DNA of 45,643 nucleotides from a virus (taxonomy: Duplodnaviria > Caudoviricetes): the IMG/VR virus record IMGVR_UViG_3300049191_000027, positions 1 through 45,643 of that record, one strand, 5' to 3'. The notes below the pieces were generated by a model that was not told where the DNA came from, did not search any database, and worked only from the letters and a program-made list of their open reading frames with translations. This document shows positions 35,423-44,233 of this stretch, in pieces. Position numbers and translations under genes: made by a program. Each line of letters starts with the position of its first letter. Positions within the stretch are counted from its first letter, which is position 1.

Positions 35423-35629
35423 ATGAAACACAGGTTCATTGCAGCAGCCGCGCTGGCGCTCACCGCCTGCGCTGCAGACCCGCTGGCGAAGTACGCCGGC
35501 AAGCCGATCACCTGCGCATCGTTCGCGACGCAGGCCGAGGCGCAAAAGTTCCTCGAGGCTCACATCGAGCACGCCATCACGCTGGACCCGGCGAACACCG
35601 GAGTGGCGTGCAAGGGGATGGCGGAATGA
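35423..35629 (+). CDS. lipoprotein with Excalibur-like domain
   Basis: LTAC lipobox; CASFATQAEAQ...LDPANTGVAC. Confidence 0.65.
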   Translation: MKHRFIAAAALALTACAADPLAKYAGKPITCASFATQAEAQKFLEAHIEHAITLDPANTGVACKGMAE

Positions 35630-36021
35630 GCGCGGCAACTCTGCTGACCACCGTTGCAGCGATTGCTGCTGCTGGCGTTGTTGCCGCATGCAGCAGTGAC
35701 GCTGACGTGGCATCGACGAATCTGTCAAAGGCGGCAGACCAGTTCGAAGTTGCGCGGCGGATCGTCTTCTACAACGGAATCACTGGCGAGTACATGCTGA
35801 CGATTCAGGGGCTGTGCTCACTTGGGAACTTCGACAAGGCGCGCGAGATATCCGTCACCTGCAAGACAGGCCCCGGCAGCTACAAGAAGCACTTCCTCGG
35901 CCTGTCGGACAACGTGACGTTCTTCGTCGAGCAGGTGGAGCCGTCTGCCGTCAGCCCGTACCAGTACCGGGTCGTCTTCAAGCCGCTGTCCATCGTGCCG
36001 GACATCGAGGTGCGCAAATGA
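35626..36021 (+). CDS. conserved phage lipoprotein
   Basis: VAAC lipobox; ADVASTNLSKAADQFEVARRIVFYNGIT..KKHFLGLSDNVT. Confidence 0.8.
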   Translation: MSAATLLTTVAAIAAAGVVAACSSDADVASTNLSKAADQFEVARRIVFYNGITGEYMLTIQGLCSLGNFDKAREISVTCKTGPGSYKKHFLGLSDNVTFFVEQVEPSAVSPYQYRVVFKPLSIVPDIEVRK

Positions 36022-36386
36022 GTGCGGCCATCGAAAACCTGCGCATCAGTCTCCGCGCAATGCGCGCCATCGATGACGCAGCAGCCCGGCGAGCCGCCCT
36101 GGCCGCCGATGCCTACGACGAGCTGCTGGCGGAGTTCTTCGCTGCAGTCGAAGCGGGAGACGCCTCTGCCGTGATCCGCACGCCGGACTACGGCTACGAC
36201 TCCACGCTGGGCTCCGTGCTGTGCGATGACCTGTTCGGCGATGACGAGCGGGCAAGCGAATTCGTGCGGCTCCTGCGCGATGCGATGCGCGGAGAAGACG
36301 TGCAGCTTCGGGCTGCCGAGATGGTGGCCCGCATCGCGAAAGCGCACGCCGCCTACCACCGTCATGCAGTAGGAGATGACCTGTGA
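36018..36386 (+). CDS. hypothetical protein
   Basis: GAGG RBS, ATGA overlap. Confidence 0.65.
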   Translation: MSAAIENLRISLRAMRAIDDAAARRAALAADAYDELLAEFFAAVEAGDASAVIRTPDYGYDSTLGSVLCDDLFGDDERASEFVRLLRDAMRGEDVQLRAAEMVARIAKAHAAYHRHAVGDDL

Positions 36387-36511
36387 GCCGCGCCGTGTTC
36401 GAGAGCGCCCTGCGGATTCATGCGCACCGCATCAACACCGTCTGCCCGGCCACGCGCCGGCTGGCACGGCTCATGTGCATCAAGCTGGTTCTGAGCCAGA
36501 AGGGGTCGTGA
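36383..36511 (+). CDS. hypothetical protein (42 aa)
   Basis: Not in the track; AGGAGA RBS, GTGA overlap, SRAVFESALRIHAHRIN... Confidence 0.45.
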   Translation: MSRAVFESALRIHAHRINTVCPATRRLARLMCIKLVLSQKGS

Positions 36512-36924
36512 TGGACGACAGGCCCAACCAAGGCGCACTCGGCAGTAGCGAAGTGTGGCGCATCAACAGCACCGCTCTCAAGATCAACGAGGCATTCGAC
36601 AGCGCACGGTCAGCGGCTCGCGATGAGGCGCTTTGGCTGTCTGCGAAGTGCCGTGAACTGCTGGCGGACAACGACCGGCTGCGCATCGAGAACGAGAAGT
36701 TGCGCGCCGCCTCCAGTCAAGGGTCTGGCAGCCCGTCGCCCATGTTCAAGGTCGGTGACCGCGTGCGCAGCAAGAAGCACGAGGCGCACGGATGGACCGA
36801 TCTGGTGGTAGTCGCACTAAACCACAACGGCCGTGCCGATTTGCTGCTTGCCATAGCTGATGGCGGCAAGCGTGGCGGCTTCTACCTCTCAGATCTCGAA
36901 CACGCTGAAGGGAGCAAGACATGA
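36511..36924 (+). CDS. hypothetical protein (coiled coil plus SH3-like domain)
   Basis: MDDRPNQ..; FKVGDRVR motif. Confidence 0.6.
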   Translation: MDDRPNQGALGSSEVWRINSTALKINEAFDSARSAARDEALWLSAKCRELLADNDRLRIENEKLRAASSQGSGSPSPMFKVGDRVRSKKHEAHGWTDLVVVALNHNGRADLLLAIADGGKRGGFYLSDLEHAEGSKT

Positions 36925-37160
36925 AGACCTATGTCGTGACCCTGATCTACCCGAGCCCACTCATCGGCACGGAGCGTCATGAGGTCGAAGCCGGCTCCGT
37001 CGAACTCGCGCTGGCGAAGGCCAAGCGGCTGACCAAGGTGCGCGGCTGCTCCGGGACGGTTCGCGCCGCTCCGGCGACTGACACATACCACCCGCCGGCC
37101 GCTGTCTGCACCAACTGGGCACTTTGGGGAACGCTTCCGGCATTGAAGGAGCACGCATGA
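36921..37160 (+). CDS. hypothetical protein
   Basis: GGGAG RBS, ATGA overlap. Confidence 0.6.
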   Translation: MKTYVVTLIYPSPLIGTERHEVEAGSVELALAKAKRLTKVRGCSGTVRAAPATDTYHPPAAVCTNWALWGTLPALKEHA

Positions 37161-37382
37161 GCCCGCTGACCGTTGATGACTTCGTGGCCGCCTGCGCCTT
37201 CGTGCTGCTGTGCATTGCTGGAGCACTTGCATGAGGCCGCCGTTTTTACAAAACCCCTGGGCCCACTACACGCAGCGCCAGCAGCGCGACCTGTACGCAG
37301 GACACGCCATCTTCGGCTATCGCCGCTGGAGCCTATGGCGCGCACTCGTTTCATTCACTAGCTCAAAGGTTCGCACATGGAT

Positions 37383-37886
37383 ATGAGCACTCCGGCCGCA
37401 GTGCGCGGGCAAGCAACTGACGCCTCTATTCGACCTTCTGGCAGCCCCCCGCCCATTGGCACGCTCCACAAGCAGATCAATGCCGTGGGCAGTCGCGTAA
37501 CGTGCAGCCCGGCGCCGACGAACACTGACCAAGACTGGCTCGTGCTGGTACCGCATGCCTCCTATGACGCCTTCGCCAAGTCGCTGATGGCTGATGGTTG
37601 GGAGGTCGGCGGCTCCGCGATTCCTGTCGATGACGACTACCGCAACCCTCACGAGAAGTTCAACAGTTTCACGAAGGGTGATGACAACGTGATCGCAACT
37701 TGCAGCGAAGAGTTCCATCGTCGGTTCCTGTCCGCCACCGCGACAGCGAAGGCCCTGAACCTTCTGGAGAAGCGGGACCGCATCAACCTCTTTCAAGCCG
37801 TGCTGTACGCGGCCATTTGCGACCCTCGTTTCGAGGTCGTCCATCCGTTTCTCGCCTACGACGAGACCAACGAAATCTTCTTCTGA
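37383..37886 (+). CDS. minimal Pol-beta-like nucleotidyltransferase
   Basis: GS-x11-DQD followed by hydrophobic strand WLVLV; downstream DDNVI strand. Confidence 0.6.
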   Translation: MSTPAAVRGQATDASIRPSGSPPPIGTLHKQINAVGSRVTCSPAPTNTDQDWLVLVPHASYDAFAKSLMADGWEVGGSAIPVDDDYRNPHEKFNSFTKGDDNVIATCSEEFHRRFLSATATAKALNLLEKRDRINLFQAVLYAAICDPRFEVVHPFLAYDETNEIFF

Positions 37887-37897
37887 GGCACGCGCTC

Positions 37898-38686
37898 ATG
37901 AGCGACAACAAGGCACTCTGGAATCGCGTCTCCAAGACCGATCCCAAGCAAGTCAAGCCGATCACCGGCAAGCAGTACAGCGGCAACAGCCCGAAGCCGT
38001 ACTACATCGTTGAGCGGCTGACGGAGGAGTTCGGACCCTGCGGCATCGGCTGGGGCTTCACCATCCTCAACGAACGCATGGAACGGCTGACGGATGACGA
38101 TGTGCTCCACGTTGCCGTCGTGCGCCTGTGGTACGAGCAGGGCGGCAAGCGCGGTGAGTTGGAGCAGATCGGCCAGACGAAGGCCGTCTACAAGACCAGC
38201 AAGGGCTCCATGCTGGTGGACGAGGACGCTCCCAAGAAGTCAGTAACGGATGCGCTGGTGAAGTGCGCGAGCTACCTCGGATTCGCTGGTGACATCTTCT
38301 CCGGCCGCTGGGACGACTCCAAGTACGTCGCCGAGTTGCGCAAGGAGTTCGCCGAGCAAAGCGACAGCATGCTTGCCCAGACGCTCAAAGCCTCCATCGA
38401 AGCCGAGAAGACGAAGAAGCAGCTTCAAGCGGTCGGCATCATCAAGCCAACCGAGGGCGCCGGCAAGGGACTGAGCGACGAGCGCCGGGCCGCCATCGAG
38501 GAAATCGCGCTCCACCTCGTGGACTGCCACAGGGCCGAGCGCGACGTGGACGCAGTGCGGATCTGGTACGCGCCCGACACGTTCCTCGACAACGACGAGC
38601 GCGTGTACTGCTGGCACCTGCTGGCTGCCGAGTCGAAGCTGCGCTCCACGATCAAAGCCTCAAAACCGGAGGCGCAAAAGGCATGA
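37898..38686 (+). CDS. ssDNA-annealing protein (Rad52/Sak-like)
   Basis: KTDP..K, LTEEFGPCGIGWG, DEDAPKKSVTDALVK..S.LGFAGDIF.G.WDD. Confidence 0.65.
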   Translation: MSDNKALWNRVSKTDPKQVKPITGKQYSGNSPKPYYIVERLTEEFGPCGIGWGFTILNERMERLTDDDVLHVAVVRLWYEQGGKRGELEQIGQTKAVYKTSKGSMLVDEDAPKKSVTDALVKCASYLGFAGDIFSGRWDDSKYVAELRKEFAEQSDSMLAQTLKASIEAEKTKKQLQAVGIIKPTEGAGKGLSDERRAAIEEIALHLVDCHRAERDVDAVRIWYAPDTFLDNDERVYCWHLLAAESKLRSTIKASKPEAQKA

Positions 38687-39291
38687 AGACCGGCCGCCCT
38701 CCGAAGACATGCCCGATGGTGCTTGCCGTCCTGCAGGACGACACCAGCGACATTGGCCTGTTGCATACCGACATCCAGCGCGCCACCGGCCTGGATGGCA
38801 TCAGGGTATCGGCCGCGATCCGGTTGTTGCGCCTGGCGGGCCATGTGTTCGTCCTCGGCAAGTTCAAAGACTCTCGCTTCTTCGCCGGCTATGAGCGCGC
38901 GGAGGCATGCCGTGCGGCGTTCGATGCCTACATGGCGAAGCTCACTGCGGATCGTGCGGAGAGAGAGCGGGAGGCACGCAACCGCAGAGCGCGCACGTAC
39001 TGGGCATCGAAGCCGAAGCAGCCGCGCAAGAAGCCTGGACCCAAGCCGAAGCCAAAGGCCGAGCCGAAGGTATCGAAGAGGCACCGTCAGGCGCCGATGA
39101 CCGTCTCCGCCTCGGTCACCATCAGCAAGAAGCCGCAGGAGGCGTGGAAGAACGCCGAGCCGATCATCCCGCCGCACGTCAAGGTGCAGAAGCTGCCGGG
39201 GTGCCCGCCGGATCACCGGTTCCACGTCTCGCCTCATTTCAAGGGTGATTTCTCGAAGGCTGGCATTGGCCGATACGTGGAGGTGGCGTAG
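38683..39291 (+). CDS. hypothetical basic protein (possible wHTH)
   Basis: 202 aa, Lys/Pro-rich C-terminus, ATGA overlap. Confidence 0.6.
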   Translation: MKTGRPPKTCPMVLAVLQDDTSDIGLLHTDIQRATGLDGIRVSAAIRLLRLAGHVFVLGKFKDSRFFAGYERAEACRAAFDAYMAKLTADRAEREREARNRRARTYWASKPKQPRKKPGPKPKPKAEPKVSKRHRQAPMTVSASVTISKKPQEAWKNAEPIIPPHVKVQKLPGCPPDHRFHVSPHFKGDFSKAGIGRYVEVA

Positions 39292-39563
39292 TGCAATCGA
39301 AGAATAAACCTGCGCCGACGGCCGCCGAGCGGCGACACATCGAACGCCTGAGGCAGATGGACTGCATCGTGTGCGGTGCAGAAGGCGTAGAGGTCCACGA
39401 GCCTGAGCAGGGGCTTTGGTTCGCCTCCATGCCGCTGTGCCCGGTCTGCCATCGCAACGAGCGGTACGGCTGGCACGGATCGCGTTTGAACTGGAAGGCG
39501 AAGAAGTGGACGGAGATCGACGCCATCAACGCGACCGTTCGCAAGCTGATGGAGGACGCATGA
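39291..39563 (+). CDS. Ref/DUF968-like Zn-binding nuclease-like protein
   Basis: CIVCG....VHE, PLCPVCH, GWHG. Confidence 0.65.
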   Translation: MQSKNKPAPTAAERRHIERLRQMDCIVCGAEGVEVHEPEQGLWFASMPLCPVCHRNERYGWHGSRLNWKAKKWTEIDAINATVRKLMEDA

Positions 39564-39787
39564 GCATTAAGCCCACAGAGATCATCCGCCGCGTCTGGCA
39601 GGGCGAAGACGGCGTCTACCTTGAGGTTTGCGATTGGCCCGATGGCCCCGAGTTCGTCTGCCTTCGCACGAACGGCGAGAAGAACGAAGAGTGGTTCGGC
39701 CGCATTGAGATTTCCATGTCGCCTGACTACGCCGCAGAACTTGGCCGCGCTCTCCTTGCCTGCGCAAAAGAGAAGGGCGCCACATGA
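39560..39787 (+). CDS. hypothetical protein
   Basis: GGAGG RBS, ATGA overlap. Confidence 0.65.
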   Translation: MSIKPTEIIRRVWQGEDGVYLEVCDWPDGPEFVCLRTNGEKNEEWFGRIEISMSPDYAAELGRALLACAKEKGAT

Positions 39788-39867
39788 AGCTGTCTACCGC
39801 GTACTGGATTGGTTTCGTCTGCGCCACGCTGTTCTGGTGGCTGTTCTTCTGGTCGTTGCACGTATGA
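39784..39867 (+). CDS. small membrane peptide (27 aa)
   Basis: Not in the track; MKLSTAYWIGFVCATLFWWLFFWSLHV; ATGA overlaps on both sides. Confidence 0.45.
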   Translation: MKLSTAYWIGFVCATLFWWLFFWSLHV

Positions 39868-40262
39868 GCAAGCGCACATTCATCCTCGGCAACCACCCGG
39901 AAGCCCGTCGCCGCGCGCTCCAGTACGTCGCAGAGGCACCTGATTCGTTCGTGGTTTCCGTGGCTCCGCCAACGCGCAACGGAGAACAGAACGCCCTCCT
40001 TCATGCGCTGCTGGGCGAGATCGCCGACCGCGTTGAGTGGGCCGGCAAGCGCTGGGATATCGAAGATTGGAAGCGCCTCCTCACGGCGGCATGGATGCGA
40101 ACCCGCAAGCAGCAAGCACTGATGGCGCCGGCCGTCGATGGACACGGGTTCGAGGTTCTGTATCAACGCACGTCCACGCTGACCAAGGCGGAATGCGCCG
40201 AGTTAATCGACTTCATCCAGGCATGGGCCGCAGAACGCGGCGTGACGGAGGCCACAGCATGA
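39864..40262 (+). CDS. ninB: NinB/Orf recombination protein
   Basis: TRNGEQNALLHALL.EIA..VEWAG...EDWK, RTSTLT..E..ELIDFI.AWAAERGV. Confidence 0.85.
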   Translation: MSKRTFILGNHPEARRRALQYVAEAPDSFVVSVAPPTRNGEQNALLHALLGEIADRVEWAGKRWDIEDWKRLLTAAWMRTRKQQALMAPAVDGHGFEVLYQRTSTLTKAECAELIDFIQAWAAERGVTEATA

Positions 40263-40480
40263 ACGACTGGCGCCTTGGCTCCATCTCCCAGCCCCAGAAG
40301 CCTCTCGGTCCTGCTAGCGACATCAAGCCCGGAGACCGCATCCGGGTGAAGGACTACCCAGAATGGCCTGCGTACACCGTCATATCGGTGAAAGGCGGTC
40401 AGGTGGAATTTCGCATGGGGCGGAGGCAGAGAGGCTTTGCGCCGGTTGATGGGGTCATCAGGCACAAGGAAAGAACGTAG
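40259..40480 (+). CDS. hypothetical SH3-like protein
   Basis: DIKPGDRIRV; ATGA overlap. Confidence 0.55.
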   Translation: MNDWRLGSISQPQKPLGPASDIKPGDRIRVKDYPEWPAYTVISVKGGQVEFRMGRRQRGFAPVDGVIRHKERT

Positions 40481-41160
40481 TGCTCCACTACCACGGAACG
40501 CCAATCACGCCACGCGCCCAACTGGAGCGCATGGCTGGGCGTTGCTTCTGCGTGAGCTTCGCAGCGCCGAACGACCTGCGCACGGTGTTGCGCATCGGGC
40601 AATCGGTGATGCTGGACAACGGCGCCTTTTCAGCCAAGACGCGCGGCATTCCGTTTGACCGTGACGGCTTCTACAAGTGGATCGAGCCAGTGCTGGCGCA
40701 TCCACATTGGGGCGTCGTGCCTGACGTGATCGACGGCACCGTGGAAGAGCAGCGCGAGATGGTGGCGACCTGGCCGTTCCGCCGGGAGTTCGGCATCCCC
40801 GTGTGGCACCTCGGACTGCCCATCAGCTACCTCATCGAACTGTGCGATGAATGGGGACGAGTTTGCTTCGGCTCGGCTGGGAAGTATTGGCAGATCGGCA
40901 CGCCGGCATGGTGCGGGCGGATGGACGAAGCCTTCAACGCACTGGTTCAGGCGTTCGGCGCGCAGCTTCCGTGGGTGCATGGGCTGCGCATGCTCGGGCA
41001 GTCCGATGGTCCTTGGCCGCTCGCCTCAGCCGATAGCACAAACACAGCTCAGAACTTCAAGCGCGATACGGGATGCGCCGAGTGCAAGGCACGTCCCATC
41101 GATGCCACCAACCCCCCATCGCTCTGGGTCGAGCGACCGATTCAACTGGAGATCGCGTGA
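40480..41160 (+). CDS. DpdA/TGT-fold base-exchange protein (7-deazaguanine-type)
   Basis: LDNGAFS, VVPDVI, PVWH, VHGL, SADST motifs of a minimal TGT-like barrel; adjacent to QueE-like gene. Confidence 0.65.
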   Translation: MLHYHGTPITPRAQLERMAGRCFCVSFAAPNDLRTVLRIGQSVMLDNGAFSAKTRGIPFDRDGFYKWIEPVLAHPHWGVVPDVIDGTVEEQREMVATWPFRREFGIPVWHLGLPISYLIELCDEWGRVCFGSAGKYWQIGTPAWCGRMDEAFNALVQAFGAQLPWVHGLRMLGQSDGPWPLASADSTNTAQNFKRDTGCAECKARPIDATNPPSLWVERPIQLEIA

Positions 41161-41552
41161 AGACTCTTTACCTCTGTGGCCCCATCAACGGCCGAACGGA
41201 CGCGGACGCAACGAACTGGCGTGAGTACGCCAAGCGCCTGTGGCCGTGGCAATGCCTTGACCCCATGCGGCGCGACTATCGCGGGAGAGAGTTGGAAGAT
41301 GGTATTGCGGCCGAAATTGTGGCCGGCGACATCGAAGACATCAAGGCAAGCGATGCAGTCTTGGTGTTCTTCGACAAGCCATCTGTCGGCACATCGATGG
41401 AGGTCTTTTATGCAAAGCATGTCCTATCGAAGCCGGTCGTTGTCATAGACGCCAGCGACAAGCCGCTTAGCCCGTGGCTCATCCATCACAGCGACTTTCG
41501 GTCAAGGAATATGGCCGAAGCCTTGATGCTGCTTTGTGGGCTGCTCGCATGA
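41157..41552 (+). CDS. nucleoside 2-deoxyribosyltransferase / NMP N-glycosidase family
   Basis: LYLCGPI, DIEDIKASDAV, SVGTSME (nucleophile Glu). Confidence 0.8.
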   Translation: MKTLYLCGPINGRTDADATNWREYAKRLWPWQCLDPMRRDYRGRELEDGIAAEIVAGDIEDIKASDAVLVFFDKPSVGTSMEVFYAKHVLSKPVVVIDASDKPLSPWLIHHSDFRSRNMAEALMLLCGLLA

Positions 41553-42163
41553 AGATCGCCGAGACGTTCACCAGCATCCAAGGTGAGGGGCACCTATCCG
41601 GGAAGTTGATGCGCTTCATCCGGTTCGCCGGGTGCGCTGTCACGCAATGCCCGCTGCACCCGACGCAGAGCAACCTGTGCGACACGGACTGGCGATATCG
41701 CGAAGTGGCCGACCCTGAGCGGCTGGCGAACGAGGCGGCCGATGAGGTAGGGGCGCGCGGATGGGTCTGCATCACTGGTGGCGAACCGCTCGACCAGCCG
41801 GAAGCGTTGGCGCGGCTGATCGCCGAACTCGGCCGGCGCGGGCTGCTGGTGAACATCCAGACCAGCGGGACGCGCTGGGTGACGAACCCTTGGGACTGGC
41901 TCACCGTCTCGCCGAAGTGCAAGCCTGACGAACTGGTGCAGACCTTCGGCCAGGAGTTGAAGGTCGTCTACACCGGCCAGAGCGACGACGAGCTGCGCGC
42001 CTTCTACACGGGCTCGAGGTTCTGGAACTACTACCTGATGCCGCTGTGGGCTGGCGGATCTCACAACGTGGCCCAAACCATCGAAGCCGTCAAGCGCCTG
42101 AACCGCGCCGGCCAGCCGTGGGAGTTGACCACGCAGGCGCATAAGTGGTGGGGCGTCCGCTGA
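41549..42163 (+). CDS. queE: QueE-like radical SAM enzyme (CDG synthase-like)
   Basis: EtFtSIQGEG, FIRFAGC, CDT, ITGGEPL, QTSGT, TVSPK, QAHK. Confidence 0.8.
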   Translation: MKIAETFTSIQGEGHLSGKLMRFIRFAGCAVTQCPLHPTQSNLCDTDWRYREVADPERLANEAADEVGARGWVCITGGEPLDQPEALARLIAELGRRGLLVNIQTSGTRWVTNPWDWLTVSPKCKPDELVQTFGQELKVVYTGQSDDELRAFYTGSRFWNYYLMPLWAGGSHNVAQTIEAVKRLNRAGQPWELTTQAHKWWGVR

Positions 42164-42190
42164 TACCCCAATAGGACTTGGAGAACCCGC

Positions 42191-43123
42191 ATGACGAACA
42201 CCGCATTGCCACCGCTGCCGCCGTTGGGCCGCTCATTCTTGTGCGCGAGGTGCCATTACACAGAGCCGACGGACCTTCCGCTTGACCGTCATCCGTCGTG
42301 TCCGCGTTGCTCGTACACGGGGGTTGTTCTCGAAAACAGCGGGTACAGCGCCGCCGAGACGCTGGCCTACGCGACGGCCTACGCACAAGAAGCAGTGCGT
42401 GCAGCGCTTGCCAGCAAGCCCGATGCTCGGATGCATGCGAGGGAGGCATCGCGGATCGATCCGATGCAGAACCCGAAGCGGCCGGGCTACTTCATGAACT
42501 ACGCGCAGGACGAGACGCCGGCCGAGATGGTGCTGCGCAAGCTCGCCTGCTGGCTCGGCGTCGGCGGCTACAACGCGCCCACGGTCGATGCTGACCTGTT
42601 CCACGACAAGATCGTGGCCGGCATCAACTACTTGGTGGAGTCCGCATCATCCCCCCAGTCACCCCCTGTAGTGGAAGGAGCGGTCGGCGACAAAACGCCC
42701 GGCAGCGACTGGCACCTCACGCTGCTCATGGCGCCGTACCACCTGAACCTCGTCGTCGGCAGCGACCGGCAGCACCTGCTTGCGTGGGGTCGTGATGTTT
42801 GGCGTGCCGCTCTCTCAGCTCATGGGGTGAAACAGCCGGAGCCTGCAGACACGGCTCGCATCGACTGGATCGAGCGTAAAGCCGCTGAAGGCTGGACACC
42901 GAATCTCGTATATGACGATGACGGCCACTTCGCCGTGTCATTCGAAGGCTTTCAGCCGATCCCGCAGGGAGATGGCGCCGGCTATGCAGAGCCGGTCACT
43001 GTCGGCGCCTTCGTCGAGCCCGGCGATTGGCATCCCTCTGTGCGCGCAGCCATCGATGCCGCCATGTCGAAGGAGCAGCCCATCCACGAAGCGCGACCTG
43101 ATGACCGAAAGGAGCAGACATGA
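42191..43123 (+). CDS. mosaic hypothetical phage protein
   Basis: GGAG RBS; N-terminal CxxC..CxxC; LGVGGYN; DTARIDW..RAAIDAAM. Confidence 0.65.
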   Translation: MTNTALPPLPPLGRSFLCARCHYTEPTDLPLDRHPSCPRCSYTGVVLENSGYSAAETLAYATAYAQEAVRAALASKPDARMHAREASRIDPMQNPKRPGYFMNYAQDETPAEMVLRKLACWLGVGGYNAPTVDADLFHDKIVAGINYLVESASSPQSPPVVEGAVGDKTPGSDWHLTLLMAPYHLNLVVGSDRQHLLAWGRDVWRAALSAHGVKQPEPADTARIDWIERKAAEGWTPNLVYDDDGHFAVSFEGFQPIPQGDGAGYAEPVTVGAFVEPGDWHPSVRAAIDAAMSKEQPIHEARPDDRKEQT

Positions 43124-43458
43124 GCGACATGGGCGAGATGTTCGCCGAATGGCGCAAGGTGAAAGCGGCGAAGCGGTCAGCGAACCGCGAGACGTCGGCG
43201 CAAGCGCTATTTACCGCCGGTATCGAGTTCGCGACCAAGAACGGTGGCGCGCATCTGATCGTCGCTGGCCGCTTTGACTTCTGGCCCGGGACTGGCCTGT
43301 GGGTGGAGCGCGGCACGAATCGACAGTGCAGAGGCGTCCGTAGCCTCATCGCCCACATCAACCGTGATCGCGAGGCACACGATGCCAGACCGCCGGCTGG
43401 AGCGTCAGAAGCCTGCCACGCAGCGCAACCGAATCAGCAAAGGATCCCTCATGACTGA
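43120..43458 (+). CDS. conserved hypothetical phage protein
   Basis: AGGAG RBS; NGGAHLIV..FDFWPGTGLW. Confidence 0.7.
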   Translation: MSDMGEMFAEWRKVKAAKRSANRETSAQALFTAGIEFATKNGGAHLIVAGRFDFWPGTGLWVERGTNRQCRGVRSLIAHINRDREAHDARPPAGASEACHAAQPNQQRIPHD

Positions 43459-43948
43459 CAGCGCAGAGCGCGAAGCGTACCCCGAGCAGGATCACATGGC
43501 GCTCGGGGAGTACCACCTGCGCCACATCGATCGCATGACGGCCGAGGGCCTGCACCGCAAGTCCGACATCGCTGCGCAACTTGCATGGCGTGATCGAGAA
43601 ATCGACAGGCTGCGAGCCTCCACCCCCATCCCAGCCGGGGAGCCGGTGGCGTGGCAAGGCGTTCACGAGCCGTGGGACTTCTGGCAGAGCAAGCCAGAGG
43701 GGATCGCTGTTCGCCCCCTATTTGCCACCCCTCCAGCCCCACCAGCACACAAGGTGGTGCCGCTGTCGGAGGAGCGAATCGAGGATGCATGGCGGAAGGT
43801 CCGCCGCAGCTACTCGTGGGAGGAGGATGGGCTCACGTTCGTTCATGCAATCGCACGATCCATCGAGGCCGCCCACGGCATCTGCATCGGCGAAGCTGCT
43901 CTCTCTGCCGCCCCTTCAGACCCCAAAGATGATGTTCATCAGACCTGA
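43451..43948 (+). CDS. hypothetical phage protein
   Basis: RHIDRMTAEGLHRKSDIAAQLAWRD; EPVAW; ARSIEAAHGI. Confidence 0.65.
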   Translation: MTDSAEREAYPEQDHMALGEYHLRHIDRMTAEGLHRKSDIAAQLAWRDREIDRLRASTPIPAGEPVAWQGVHEPWDFWQSKPEGIAVRPLFATPPAPPAHKVVPLSEERIEDAWRKVRRSYSWEEDGLTFVHAIARSIEAAHGICIGEAALSAAPSDPKDDVHQT

Positions 43949-44017
43949 GCATCAGCCAGCCAACTGACGCCTCTAGTCGAGGTTCCAGCCCAACGTAGCT
44001 CATAGCCGAGGTTGCTC

Positions 44018-44233
44018 GTGTTGCCGTACCTCACAGACAGCGAAATCGATGACATCTGCGCCGGCCTGAAGCAGAGCGCGGCGCAGGTGCGCTACCTGCG
44101 TGACGTGCTGAAGGTGGCCGTGCAGCGCAAACCGAACGGCCGACCCCTCGTGGCGCGCACCGACTGGGAGCGCCGCGGCCAGCAGCAGAATGGACGTCCG
44201 GCCAACGGACCACGATGGACGAAAGCAGCATGA
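44018..44233 (+). CDS. excisionase-like protein (DUF4224-like)
   Basis: YLTDSEI..IC.GLKQ.AAQ.RYL..GRPLV; overlaps the integrase start. Confidence 0.75.
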   Translation: MLPYLTDSEIDDICAGLKQSAAQVRYLRDVLKVAVQRKPNGRPLVARTDWERRGQQQNGRPANGPRWTKAA

